From assembly GCA_051530055.1 (NCBI GenBank), contig CM121341.1:19167784-19200783 (forward strand): DNA of 33,000 bases, read 5' to 3'. A model generated the notes under the pieces. That model was not told the origin of the DNA, searched no databases, and saw only the letters and a list, made by a program, of their open reading frames with translations. A program made the translations under genes and the position numbers. Numbering within the stretch: the first letter of the stretch is position 1; every line of letters starts with the position of its first letter. Below are positions 22,131-31,792 of this stretch, piece after piece. The DNA comes from Neoechinorhynchus agilis. Taxonomy: Eukaryota > Animalia > Acanthocephala.

Positions 22131-23392
22131 TCAGAATATTGGGATGTAGTTATCGATTCGAGCGCGATGTTGCTGAGCGATGCATTCGGTAATCCAGATA
22201 ATATTTCTAATTTCTTGCTCTTTAAGTTTTATATAGCCGAAAAATATAGCGAAATTGAATTGTGACAAAAACACATTTTTGTTTAGCTCCACCTATAAAC
22301 AAAATTATCGAAGTTGATTCAGATGTGGCGATTGCGAAAACCTCTCGTTCAAAGAACCTATCTTCAATCGTTTTATCACCAATCATATTACCAGAATCCT
22401 CAAACAGATTGTAATACCTCTATGTATTTGAAATATGGAATTGTTGGTAATTGAAGCGATACTAAGTACTTACCGGAAAGGCTGAGCTTAATTCTTTTAT
22501 TTGCTCATAATCTTCACATTTGCACAATTTTTCCAACCCGGAGTGATGGAGCTCTCCGCATGTCGGATACAATTGCATTCTAGTTTCTTTTGGAAGCTCG
22601 GTATCCAGTGAGTTTATTGTAATGATGAAACAACGTCGATCAGCTTCAAATCCCAAAATGTCTTTCATCAAGTCGCCGGTTGCATCACCTATCTCGTCTA
22701 CACAAAACCTGTAGAAATCCTCAAGATACGCCTAAAGGAAGTAGGGCGTTGTAGCCACAAATAAAAAAAGTTCGACGGGTAATCTTACCTTATAAAGTGT
22801 ATTTCTAATGATTTCAATATTCAGTTCGTCCAAATCTTTTTCTGAGATGCAATTGATGAAGTAAGGAGCGAGTGGTGTATCCACGAGAACGGCGTTATAG
22901 AGCATCGATGGAGTATCGGCCATCGTTATGGCCCCAAGTTGGTCAAAAGCGCCAAGTGGATGACAACGAGGAAGTAGTTCATTGACGGTTCGGTTATGAA
23001 GGCTGCCAGTAACTAAGAGCATTATATTATCAATCATATAAGCATAAGTAATGTAATTGAGAAACTGTGTGAGTTTCGGATAAGAGTGATTCCGAATACA
23101 ATGGAACTGGCTCACTAAATGGTCTCTTATATTTAGCAGTACTTTCATGTCACCGCCGAAAGTACAGCTATGCGAATGCAGCCTCGATTACGGAGACACT
23201 CATGGTGGATTCATCGACAAGGAATTTTGGTCCGTAACCCTGAAGGCTTTGAAGGTGCATCTTCACATCATCCAAATTTTGGCATTGGGTGAGATTCGTG
23301 TAATCAGTGGACGTTAAAATCCCCTTACGAAAGCCACGAACTAGTCCTTCAAGGTATCCATGCTCACGATTGAAATTAACTCCACTTAGCAT
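22131..23392 (-). CDS. ATP6V0D1: V-type proton ATPase subunit d; five exons (three GT-AG introns and one non-canonical intron)
   Basis: [54 protein letters not shown]|[25 protein letters not shown]|[20 protein letters not shown] and IDNYIPIF-stop. GT-AG introns lie at 22732-22788, 22420-22473 and 22293-22341. Confidence 0.96.
23130..23175 (-). other. 46-nt hairpin non-GT-AG intron in V-ATPase d
   Basis: Minus strand GCA T|TCGCATAGCTGTACTTTC...GAAAGTACTGCTAAATA|TA AGA, with arms matching at 12/13. Removal gives VIEAA-L-RDHLV, the same length as VIDDR-L-KEKMV. It contains an in-frame TAG and changes frame. Confidence 0.82.
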
Positions 23393-23893
23393 CTTAGCAA
23401 ACGTATTTCTTGAGTAGCAGTATAAAAAATTATACAAAAAAATCAATGGGCGCATTTGGCACGGAAACTACATCAAAAAGTTTATTTATCTTATTAGAAA
23501 GCGATTGTTTTCGAACGAGTTACAAGATTTTTGCAGCTTTTTTGATATAAAAGGCGATCAGTAAAATCTTTATGACATTTTAAGATGGAAAACTTTATGC
23601 AAGTATTAATATAGCTCAAATTTTTAACTTTAAAGTCATTATTACAATCACATTTCGTTTCGATAAAAAGCGCTTTTTAAACACACTGCACAGCGAGGTT
23701 TCCAGCGAAGTTTTGAAATTCGAGAGCAAGAATGCGGGTCGTTAACGTCAGCAACAAGTGCCGTCGGAAAATAGAGAATCAAAATATGCACGCAAAACCA
23801 TGTTGGAATTTACATCTCTTAAACTGTTCTTTATGCGATGCCGCTCAAACCAGCTCTCTCTCGGAGGATTGTGGAAATTTTCAGAAAATTTAA

Positions 23894-24655
23894 TACTTTA
23901 TTTACTTCAATCTTATTTTCAATTGAAGCAAAATCGAGAAGTTAACTTCGTATAAGCATAAAAATGCTAAGTTCCGTTAAGATTCCACAGTTTCAAATGC
24001 GAATTGGACGACCAGAATCACAGGCACAATTTTCTAAAGAGAGTTAAACACCACAAAAAAAACGTTTTCATATTTAAATTTAATTTCCAAAAGTACTTTA
24101 TTTACTTCAATCTTATTTTCAATTGAAGCAAAATCGAGAAGTTAACTTCGTATAAGCATAAAAATGCCAAGTTCCGTTAAGATTCCACAGTTTCAAATGC
24201 GAATTGGACGACCAGAATCACAGGCACAATTTTCTAAAGAGAGTTAAACACCACAAAAAAACGTTTTCATATTTAAATTTAATTTCCAAAAGTACTTTAT
24301 TTACTTCAATCTTATTTTCAATTGAAGCAAAATTAAGAAGTTAACTTCGAATAAGCATAAAAATGCCAAGTTCCGTTAAGATTCCACAGTTTCAAATGCG
24401 AATTGGACGACCAGAATCACAGGCACAATTTTCTAAAGAGAGTTAAACACCACAAAAAAAACGTTTTCATATTTAAATTTAATTTCCAAAAGTACTTTAT
24501 TTACTTCAATCTTATTTTCAATTGAAGCAAAATCGAGAAGTTAACTTCGTATAAGCATAAAAATGCCAAGTTCCGTTAAGATTCCACAGTTTCAAATGCG
24601 AATTGGACGACTAGAATCACAGGCACAATTTTCCGAAGAGAGTTAAACACCGCAC
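23894..24655. repeat. Tandem satellite, unit 199-200 bp, about 3.8 near-identical copies
   Basis: TACTTTATTTACTTCAATCTTATTTTCAATTGAAGC starts at 23894, 24094, 24293 and 24493. Confidence 0.95.
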
Positions 24656-24859
24656 AAAAACCCGTTTCCTTCTCCATTTTTCATTTAATGCAGATATCAG
24701 TAGTCGAATCATATTCTTTCGAACGTTTCATCTTTCCGTCAAAATCATTTTTTAAAGTACAGAGTTTAACAATTTTATCACACGCAACCTATCTTTTCGT
24801 CGTCGTGGGCACTCTTCGTGACCGAAGAATGTTTCCACTCCTAATTCATGCTCCTCTTT

Positions 24860-25530
24860 GGTGCTTTTTCAAGTGACTCGGCAGTCCTATCCTGAATCTG
24901 ATTCTTCTAGGGCAGTGTGAACGTGAGAACTGACCTGGTTCCTCTGGGATGGTCAGGAGCATTTCTTTCCTTCTTCTCTTGTCTTCTTGCTCCCATTTCG
25001 AAGATCTTTCTTCAACGGTGAATCGCAACTCTCCAATTCGAGCGTTCCGCTGCTAGTGTCTCCCATGTATCGATGTTGATCTCAAAACCCTAAGTCTTCT
25101 TCAATTGATCCTTGTAACGCTTTTTAGGACCTACGAGAGGACGCCGACCTTCTTTCCCCATAAAGCAGGATCTTTGGGAGTCTGTCCGAGTCCATCCCCC
25201 TGACATGTCCCGTTCATCGTAATTGATGGTGAAGGATTTATGTATCCGTTCCAAGTTGTCCTGAGCTACTTAGTACTTCGTTATTGGCTCTTCTGTCTTC
25301 CCACTTGATGCCAAGGATGGATCTCAGTTTCGATTGATGGAATCTTTCGAGCTTCTTAGATCTGATCTATACAGGGTACATGTCTCGCAGCCGTATAGAA
25401 GTGTGGATGCAACGACGGCTCGGTAGACCAGCATTACTGCTCCTACTTTGATGTCCTTGCAGTTGAAGACCCTTCGATAGAGCTTGGCTCAGGACTTCGG
25501 CTTGAATTGTTCTTTATGTCGAATTTCCTT
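24860..25530 (-). mobile_element. Degenerate 3' fragment of an RTE-clade non-LTR retrotransposon
   Basis: KLYRRVF..VYRAVVASTLLYGCET, ERFHQSKLRSILGIKWEDRRANNEVL, LR*TGHVRGMDSDRLPKILLYG, GPKKRYKDQLK, WETLAAERSNWR and a terminal HCPRR..RIGLPSHLKKH, with stops and frameshifts. Confidence 0.88.
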
Positions 25531-25824
25531 AAAAGTTCCGTCGATCTCGAGAAATAGAGGAAATGTGTAAGTCTGGCCTTTAATTTTAGGTATTTATTCC
25601 CGTTAAGTTTTAACTTCAGACGGATATTTTATAAGATGGTTAATTGCAAAACATTATCGCCTTCATGTGCTCAATCGTTCGAAAGCGAAGATTTTTGTAA
25701 TTTTATGGATTCAGTTTATTTATGGGTTACTCATCAATGGATTATCTTTTCGGTCATCTCGCATAAAACGACTCACCAATAAAAAAAATCCACATTCAAC
25801 TCTGCCATTTTCTTCTTTTACTAG

Positions 25825-27456
25825 TCATTTTGAATCATCACTCTGATCATCAGCTTCTATTTCATAAAGTCTACCCTGTTTAATTGTGTTAATGTGGCGC
25901 TCCATAGCTCGGATCGCTTCTGAAGACCTCCCCCCCACTGGATTTGCGTTGGTAAAATTAAGACACTCAATTTGTCGGTCAGTCACCATTGTAAGAATAA
26001 ATTCAGCAGGTCGTTGTGACTCAGCGAGGCAGCATTGAACCATATAAGTACCCATTGGAATAATTGCAAATACCGAAACCTCGGGTAGATCAACATATGG
26101 TCCAGAAGATACAACCATCGAAAAATTGGATTGTTTCGTTTCTTCTTCTAAATGTTTATAAAGATTGAGTTGCATGTACTGGAAATCAAATCCTCCACTA
26201 GTTTGCTGTAATCTAACGTATAGTTGAGTGAGTCTGATATAAATATGTAATGGTTCAGTAGAAGGATTAACCTTGAACACAGACCGCGGACCCTTCAAGA
26301 ACGGTCGGTCGCTCTTGATCCAATTCCAGAATCCGTAGTGACGGATGGTATGCCACTTAACCGCACGTGGGCAAATGGGGGTAGCAAACACGAGGGTAGA
26401 ACACGGATTCTTATGCCATATGTACACATAATTAAACTGAACCACGAAATCCACAATATTAATCCAGAACATGCTAGACTTGGGATAACGATTATAACCC
26501 AACCGTTGACGGTCTGATTCGTCCATTTGGTTCCATATTGGATCCTGAAATGACCACCTACGATTCCACATTGTTCCGTCACGCCAGGGATTCTTTAACA
26601 GCAGAAGCTTGTAACTTGATCCGAGAACAAAAATCAATTCAGCCTTGTGGATAGAATATCCGTGATTCCTAGCGATTCCATTAGGTCTTATTCGGTCGTC
26701 ACCTCCCGTAGTTGCTCCAACCACCAAAGAACCGAATCTAAGCGACTTTACTATTTGTCGCCATAAGGTGTACAGCTTTGATCTAAAGGCTCTCAAAAGT
26801 AGCTCTTCTACGAGACCACTACAGCAGTCTGAAAAAGCCTCACTTGAAAATCCCAACTCCATCGCACAGTAGCTCCCATATAATTTAGCATAGGCTTTCT
26901 CAAACAAAGGAGCCCAAAAATCGTTCGGCGTTAAAGTGTTGGTTAAACACATTGGAGTTTTGACTCCCTTTCGAGATTTATAAGGCAAACGATCGTCCAC
27001 GACAACCTCGAAAAGTTGCCCCTGTTGGTAAAATCGGAATCGAAAAATGCCAAAATAGTTGTTTGTCGAAAAACTTTGTCCACCAGGCGTCGTTACTTGG
27101 ATGAGACGTTGATTCTCCACGAGTACTGAGACAGTTGCAGCAAACCAACAGTTCGCCAAATATTTACTTTGGGTGATCCCATCCGCACGTTGGTCCTCCA
27201 AGAACACGGGATTCTCTTGTAAATGCCGCGGTCTTAGCCACTCAATCTTTCCACGCTCCTCGTATATTCCCCTACAACGTCCTAAAGATTCATTATCCGC
27301 TGGAAATGTACAATCTTTGAACAGCTTCCCTTTCTTTTGACAGTCCCTCACGATATCCTCGTAGACCTGATCTCTTAAATGAACGATGCTACCTAAATAA
27401 AGAATAATTACCATCCATTTTAAAACAAAGACATGACCACAAATATATTCTAACAT
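25825..27456 (-). CDS. Atypical calpain (CysPc plus C2-like domain III, no penta-EF-hand); N-terminus uncertain
   Basis: LFKDCTFPA, IEWLRP, LANCWFAA (catalytic Cys), VVVDDRLP, FWAPLFEKAYAKLYGSY, GIARNHGYSI (His), LKNPW (Asn) and FWINIVDF. Confidence 0.92.
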   Translation of the reverse strand: MLEYICGHVFVLKWMVIILYLGSIVHLRDQVYEDIVRDCQKKGKLFKDCTFPADNESLGRCRGIYEERGKIEWLRPRHLQENPVFLEDQRADGITQSKYLANCWFAATVSVLVENQRLIQVTTPGGQSFSTNNYFGIFRFRFYQQGQLFEVVVDDRLPYKSRKGVKTPMCLTNTLTPNDFWAPLFEKAYAKLYGSYCAMELGFSSEAFSDCCSGLVEELLLRAFRSKLYTLWRQIVKSLRFGSLVVGATTGGDDRIRPNGIARNHGYSIHKAELIFVLGSSYKLLLLKNPWRDGTMWNRRWSFQDPIWNQMDESDRQRLGYNRYPKSSMFWINIVDFVVQFNYVYIWHKNPCSTLVFATPICPRAVKWHTIRHYGFWNWIKSDRPFLKGPRSVFKVNPSTEPLHIYIRLTQLYVRLQQTSGGFDFQYMQLNLYKHLEEETKQSNFSMVVSSGPYVDLPEVSVFAIIPMGTYMVQCCLAESQRPAEFILTMVTDRQIECLNFTNANPVGGRSSEAIRAMERHINTIKQGRLYEIEADDQSDDSK

Positions 27457-28524
27457 TTGGTTTTTCCATTAACAGTTAAGAGAACTATGTTATTTTCTTA
27501 ATCGTCACGACAGCTACATTAAATTTAATTTCATACTTGACAAATGATATTCAAACGAATTGTGGTCCTTTTTTAAAAATCAAAAAATTAGGATTTTCGG
27601 ATCAATGTAATAAAGACAAAGGGAATCGGACATCAAAATCCAATTGGCTAAAGCGGTATACTCGAGCAATGATAAAAACATCATTAAGTTTCATTCGGAA
27701 GTGCTTCTCGTGATACGACAATTCAACTTTCACGCAAATAAACCAATTGCAGATACGGAAAATCGCACAAAATCTAATAATTCTATAATCCAAATGTTTA
27801 ATTGATTATTTCGGAAAGTGATATCGTTAGATATTGGTCATATTATTGCTTGGGGAAATTACTTTACAATAATGCCACTACCGAACAACATCAATAAAGC
27901 TAACAGCGACCGTCCGCTTACTTGGCGTGTCTAATTTAAATGTACGCTTAAATATCATGATGGATTTGGTTGTTATTTTTATGTTGATTTCGAAATTCGA
28001 CAATGCAAGATAATTTTTTATTTAAATACTCATACTTAACCTTGACAACCGTTTACCCTTCATGGAATGAGAATAAACGATAAAACCTGGCGAAGCAATT
28101 TTTAGGTCAGAATTGGAACAGATAAATAACCGTGAACCATTGCTCGTGACAATCTTTCTTCGATCAAAAAATGTTCCCTCCTAATACCTGTAGTTGGCAT
28201 AAATGCACTTAGGGAGATAGCCTACAAAGGTGACGGTCCCAGGTTCCCGAGTCAAAACGAACAACCATGTCGACTGACAATTACCGATTCAATCGGTCGA
28301 AATATATTCGTCTTTAACGATCTATCTCGGGTGTCTACAAGCGACCAAAATAATAACAACATTGATGTCTTTACTATTTCTACTTAACAATGCTATATTT
28401 TTTATGAGTACTCAAATTTACATCGTCTCTAAAGAAACCGAGATTCTATTAGCCTATTCGTATTAACAATGCCGTATGAAAGGGTTTCCTGATCGCTAAA
28501 TCTGGTCAGCACTAGAGCGTAGAA

Positions 28525-30531
28525 TTAATTGGGCTGATTTATTCGTTCATAGTTTGAATATTCTTTATTGGTATCAATCCACTTCGAATCATAGTTTGGA
28601 TTCTCATTAAGGTGATCCGGATTAGAAAAATCGTTCGAGCACGGCGGAATGGAAGCATTCAAATCAGGTGGTATTACGATCGGAGATAAATAATGGCCTA
28701 AAAACGAGAGATTTGAATCGTAGTGCTCGTTCGAATCACGTGAGATTTCTGCTTGGCACGAATATTCAAACGGTTCCTGTGCACATTCATTGAAACTTGA
28801 AAAAGCAATTACGTTTGATTGATTGTTTGCGTTTTCCCCGGTTGTAACAACAGTTTGAGATCCACAGAAAGTACCGAGTGAAGATGACTGCATAGAGCTT
28901 TGATAATTGTTGAATTCTTGAGCGGTTTGTGTGACCGGATAAAATTGTGGATAAGTGAGAGTCAATGATGGTTCCGAAGCCAAGTTCGCTATCGTGTTTT
29001 GGAACCGAGGAGGTTGAATCCAAACGCGACTTTCAAGCAGTTCGTACTGCTGTTCGGGTTGAATGGACCGAAAATTTGAAGCCTCTTGATATGCAGGCAC
29101 TATAGACGAGTTCTTGCTTATTTTTGGAGGCGGGGGAAGCATTGAAGAGAGGTCAGTTAAAGAAGCTGTTTTCGATCCGATCAATCCTGACTCTGCTTTA
29201 GTCCTCTTTTGCCCACTATCTCGACAAGGTACTTGCTTGCTGCACTTCTCGGTGTAAAGCGCACATGATACGAGACTTAGCATTTGATGACTTCGCCTTA
29301 CAGCCAGTGTTACAGGCTTTTCATTCAATGCTGTACTGATATCGACCGTTGCTCCATAAGATATAAGAATTTGAGCCGCTTCAGGGTGATCTCTTTTTAT
29401 AGCGTAAATCAATGGAGTCTCCTTGTAGTCATTCTGCACATTTACGTAGGCATTAAATCTTAACAGAAGCTCAATTCCTTCAATATTATTGGTTGCAGCT
29501 GCCAAATGCAAAGCTGAAGAAGATCTCTCAGCACCAAACAAACTTTTAGTCGTCAGATTTGGTTCAGCTCCTTTCAACAAAAGCAATTTTGCCATTGTTA
29601 TCAAATTCAAAAGTATTGCTCTTTGGAGAGGTGTGCGACCATTGTAATCAAGGGCATTCAAATCTATCGGGTCAATCGGATGACTAAGTAATTGTTGCAG
29701 CATCAATACTGAACTTGAATTTATAGTGGCATGGACTACGTTTCGTCCATCAACATCCTGACACTTTAACAGCCCAGGATATTTTGAAATTAGAAGGCCG
29801 GAACATTCGATCAAATTGAACTTGGTTGAAAGGTGAAGGGCGCTCTCAGAAGTTTTACCATTCAAGGATGAAAGCATTTGTAAAACCCAACGCGAGTTTG
29901 ATTTTTGTTTCAAAAGATCCAATGCGTGATCTAAGCGGACAGATTTATCACTGTCAGATATTTCGCTTGCTTTTATGAATGAGGAGATACGCTTTCTGTA
30001 TATGTGAAATTCGGAACATTCTTTATAGAAATTGAATTCACTTTGTGGAATCAATCTCAGAAAATTCTGAGATATAACCCGTTTTTCGTGATAGGCATGA
30101 ACTTTTTCCGCATTCAGTTGTGACCCGGATACGCTACTATTGAATGAAACTCCACAAGTGCCAATAAATCGTCGACGATACCATTTCCACCGAATACCCC
30201 TGATTAAGGATTTAACTCGAAGAACAGTAATAAGGCTTAACAGGACCAAACTTGAGGCTACCATGAACAATAGGAAGGATCGATAGCTATTGAAAAAATC
30301 ACTTTTGTTTCCTCTCATGATTGCAATAAACCGACTAGCACTTGTCCAAGAGGGTGTATCCAATGCATTTCTAACCATTTTCAAAACCTCAATCGGTTCC
30401 TGAGTCTTTGTCTCGTGATAGAAATCCGGAATAGTCGAGGGCATACTGCAAAAGCGAGTCAAGAAGGTCTTCCTTAAAAGCGTTGATACTTCGTTTACGG
30501 ATTGGAATGGAAAGGTATTATGAAACGATCC
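28525..30531 (-). CDS. Notch-like membrane protein: putative NOD/NODP-like segment, TM helix, ankyrin repeats and an S/P/E-rich tail; 5' end unresolved
   Basis: TM FLLFMVASSLVLLSLITVL followed by a basic stop-transfer. ESALHLS, QDVDGRNVVHA, DLNALDYNGRTPL and SALHLAAATNNIEG..QNDYKETPL..A parallel the Notch ANK repeat order. The frame is open to 30531; the first TTG is at 30462. Confidence 0.7.
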   Translation of the reverse strand, partial: GSFHNTFPFQSVNEVSTLLRKTFLTRFCSMPSTIPDFYHETKTQEPIEVLKMVRNALDTPSWTSASRFIAIMRGNKSDFFNSYRSFLLFMVASSLVLLSLITVLRVKSLIRGIRWKWYRRRFIGTCGVSFNSSVSGSQLNAEKVHAYHEKRVISQNFLRLIPQSEFNFYKECSEFHIYRKRISSFIKASEISDSDKSVRLDHALDLLKQKSNSRWVLQMLSSLNGKTSESALHLSTKFNLIECSGLLISKYPGLLKCQDVDGRNVVHATINSSSVLMLQQLLSHPIDPIDLNALDYNGRTPLQRAILLNLITMAKLLLLKGAEPNLTTKSLFGAERSSSALHLAAATNNIEGIELLLRFNAYVNVQNDYKETPLIYAIKRDHPEAAQILISYGATVDISTALNEKPVTLAVRRSHQMLSLVSCALYTEKCSKQVPCRDSGQKRTKAESGLIGSKTASLTDLSSMLPPPPKISKNSSIVPAYQEASNFRSIQPEQQYELLESRVWIQPPRFQNTIANLASEPSLTLTYPQFYPVTQTAQEFNNYQSSMQSSSLGTFCGSQTVVTTGENANNQSNVIAFSSFNECAQEPFEYSCQAEISRDSNEHYDSNLSFLGHYLSPIVIPPDLNASIPPCSNDFSNPDHLNENPNYDSKWIDTNKEYSNYERINQPN

Positions 30532-31792
30532 TTAGAAGTGTTTCTCGGACGACCGATTTCACGGTTTAGATTATGAAGTTCCTGATGACCGTCGGTAACC
30601 CTTGATCCGCTTGAGATGAGCAAGATTCGGTTCAATGGCGTCGATTTGTATGATGCATTTCATAAAGTCACCCGGTAGTCGTTAAGGGTGCGTAAACTTT
30701 TAAAGCGAACGAAAAGCCCAAATTTAACCAATGTTTTTTAATTTGAAAAAAGTCGTAGAAGCTTTCTGGCTTATCATTGCTTAGTGAGTTGTGAAAATAA
30801 ATTTTATTTTTGTTAGACTTTAAACTTGAGATTTTTCCAAATCAGGCCAATGCTTCAATATCACTTTTAGTAGCAAAAGAGCGCATTCTAATCAAGGTTA
30901 TCTTCCTTAGTAGCTTAAATAAACAATACGAAATCCTCGATATGTGAGGTACCGGTATTTCAAAACATACAATCAAACTGATGATGAACCCGACGAGGTT
31001 CGCAAAACGTCTTTTATAAATAATCATTTACCGGGTGTTGACCTAAACAATAATTCCAATACGAAATTCATTTGGATCGAAATCGTGAACTTTCAACGTT
31101 GTTGTCCAAATGTGTTTGATATTGAAATTATTGATAGAAATGTTTGCCTGAAAAGGTAAAGCATTTATTATGCATCTTATCAAATGCAAGTGATTGAAAT
31201 CGATCATAAAGTAAGTACTGATACGGATATCGTCTTCGAAAAAGAGTGACTTACTTGGATACTTGAGACTTTTTTTATTTCTAAGCACTTGTCAGCCTTC
31301 CTATTTAGGCGTTTTGATTGCTACTTCTAGCATTACATTTGAGTAAAAGTATCTAATGTCAATCAATATAAAGTGAAAAAATAAAAACCTGGGTTTTGAA
31401 AAAAAAGCGATCTAACAGCACTTTTGGAAATTGAAAAAGCCGAATGCGTTTAAGTGAGAAATATTGCTCCAATCATGGAGTTGATCTGTTGATTGATAGG
31501 ATGATAGGTCACACAAGAGTGCTTTATGAAACGCCGAAAATAACAAGGAGTTGATGGCATCATCTTCAAAGTATACAGACCGATCTGATCGGACGGATAA
31601 CTTTCATGATCAATCAAGTAAATCACACTTTCCTTAGCGCGCTAATGTTTACGGTCTGCATTAGACGTCGTTATCCAAAAGTGCAGTGTATAATTTAAAA
31701 CACCTCGAGAGTGCTTGAGAAGTACAACAGAAGAACATTTTATTAAAAAGACATTATGTGTGCTTCCAATAAAAATCAATAACAAAAATTAC

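Noticed and set aside
7328-23175. Alternative genetic code or stop-codon readthrough as the cause of split ORFs
   Set aside because: Most breaks change frame (46, 49, 239 and 277 nt) and the intervening sequence does not align to the proteins. Genes end normally at TAA and TGA.
7328-23175. Sequencing indel errors or mass pseudogenisation
   Set aside because: The gaps are tens to hundreds of extra bases with paired ends, not 1-2 nt slips. The flanking exons are free of stops and keep their catalytic motifs.
23894-24655. Repeat array as a CRISPR or RNA-gene cluster
   Set aside because: Whole units are near-identical with no unique spacers, the context is eukaryotic, and no snRNA, 5S or tRNA structure was recognised.
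30842-31288. Short ORFs 30842-31027, 30944-31159 and 31043-31288 as the Notch ectodomain or a separate gene
   Set aside because: They contain no Cys-rich EGF/LNR pattern or other recognisable motif, so a call cannot be supported.
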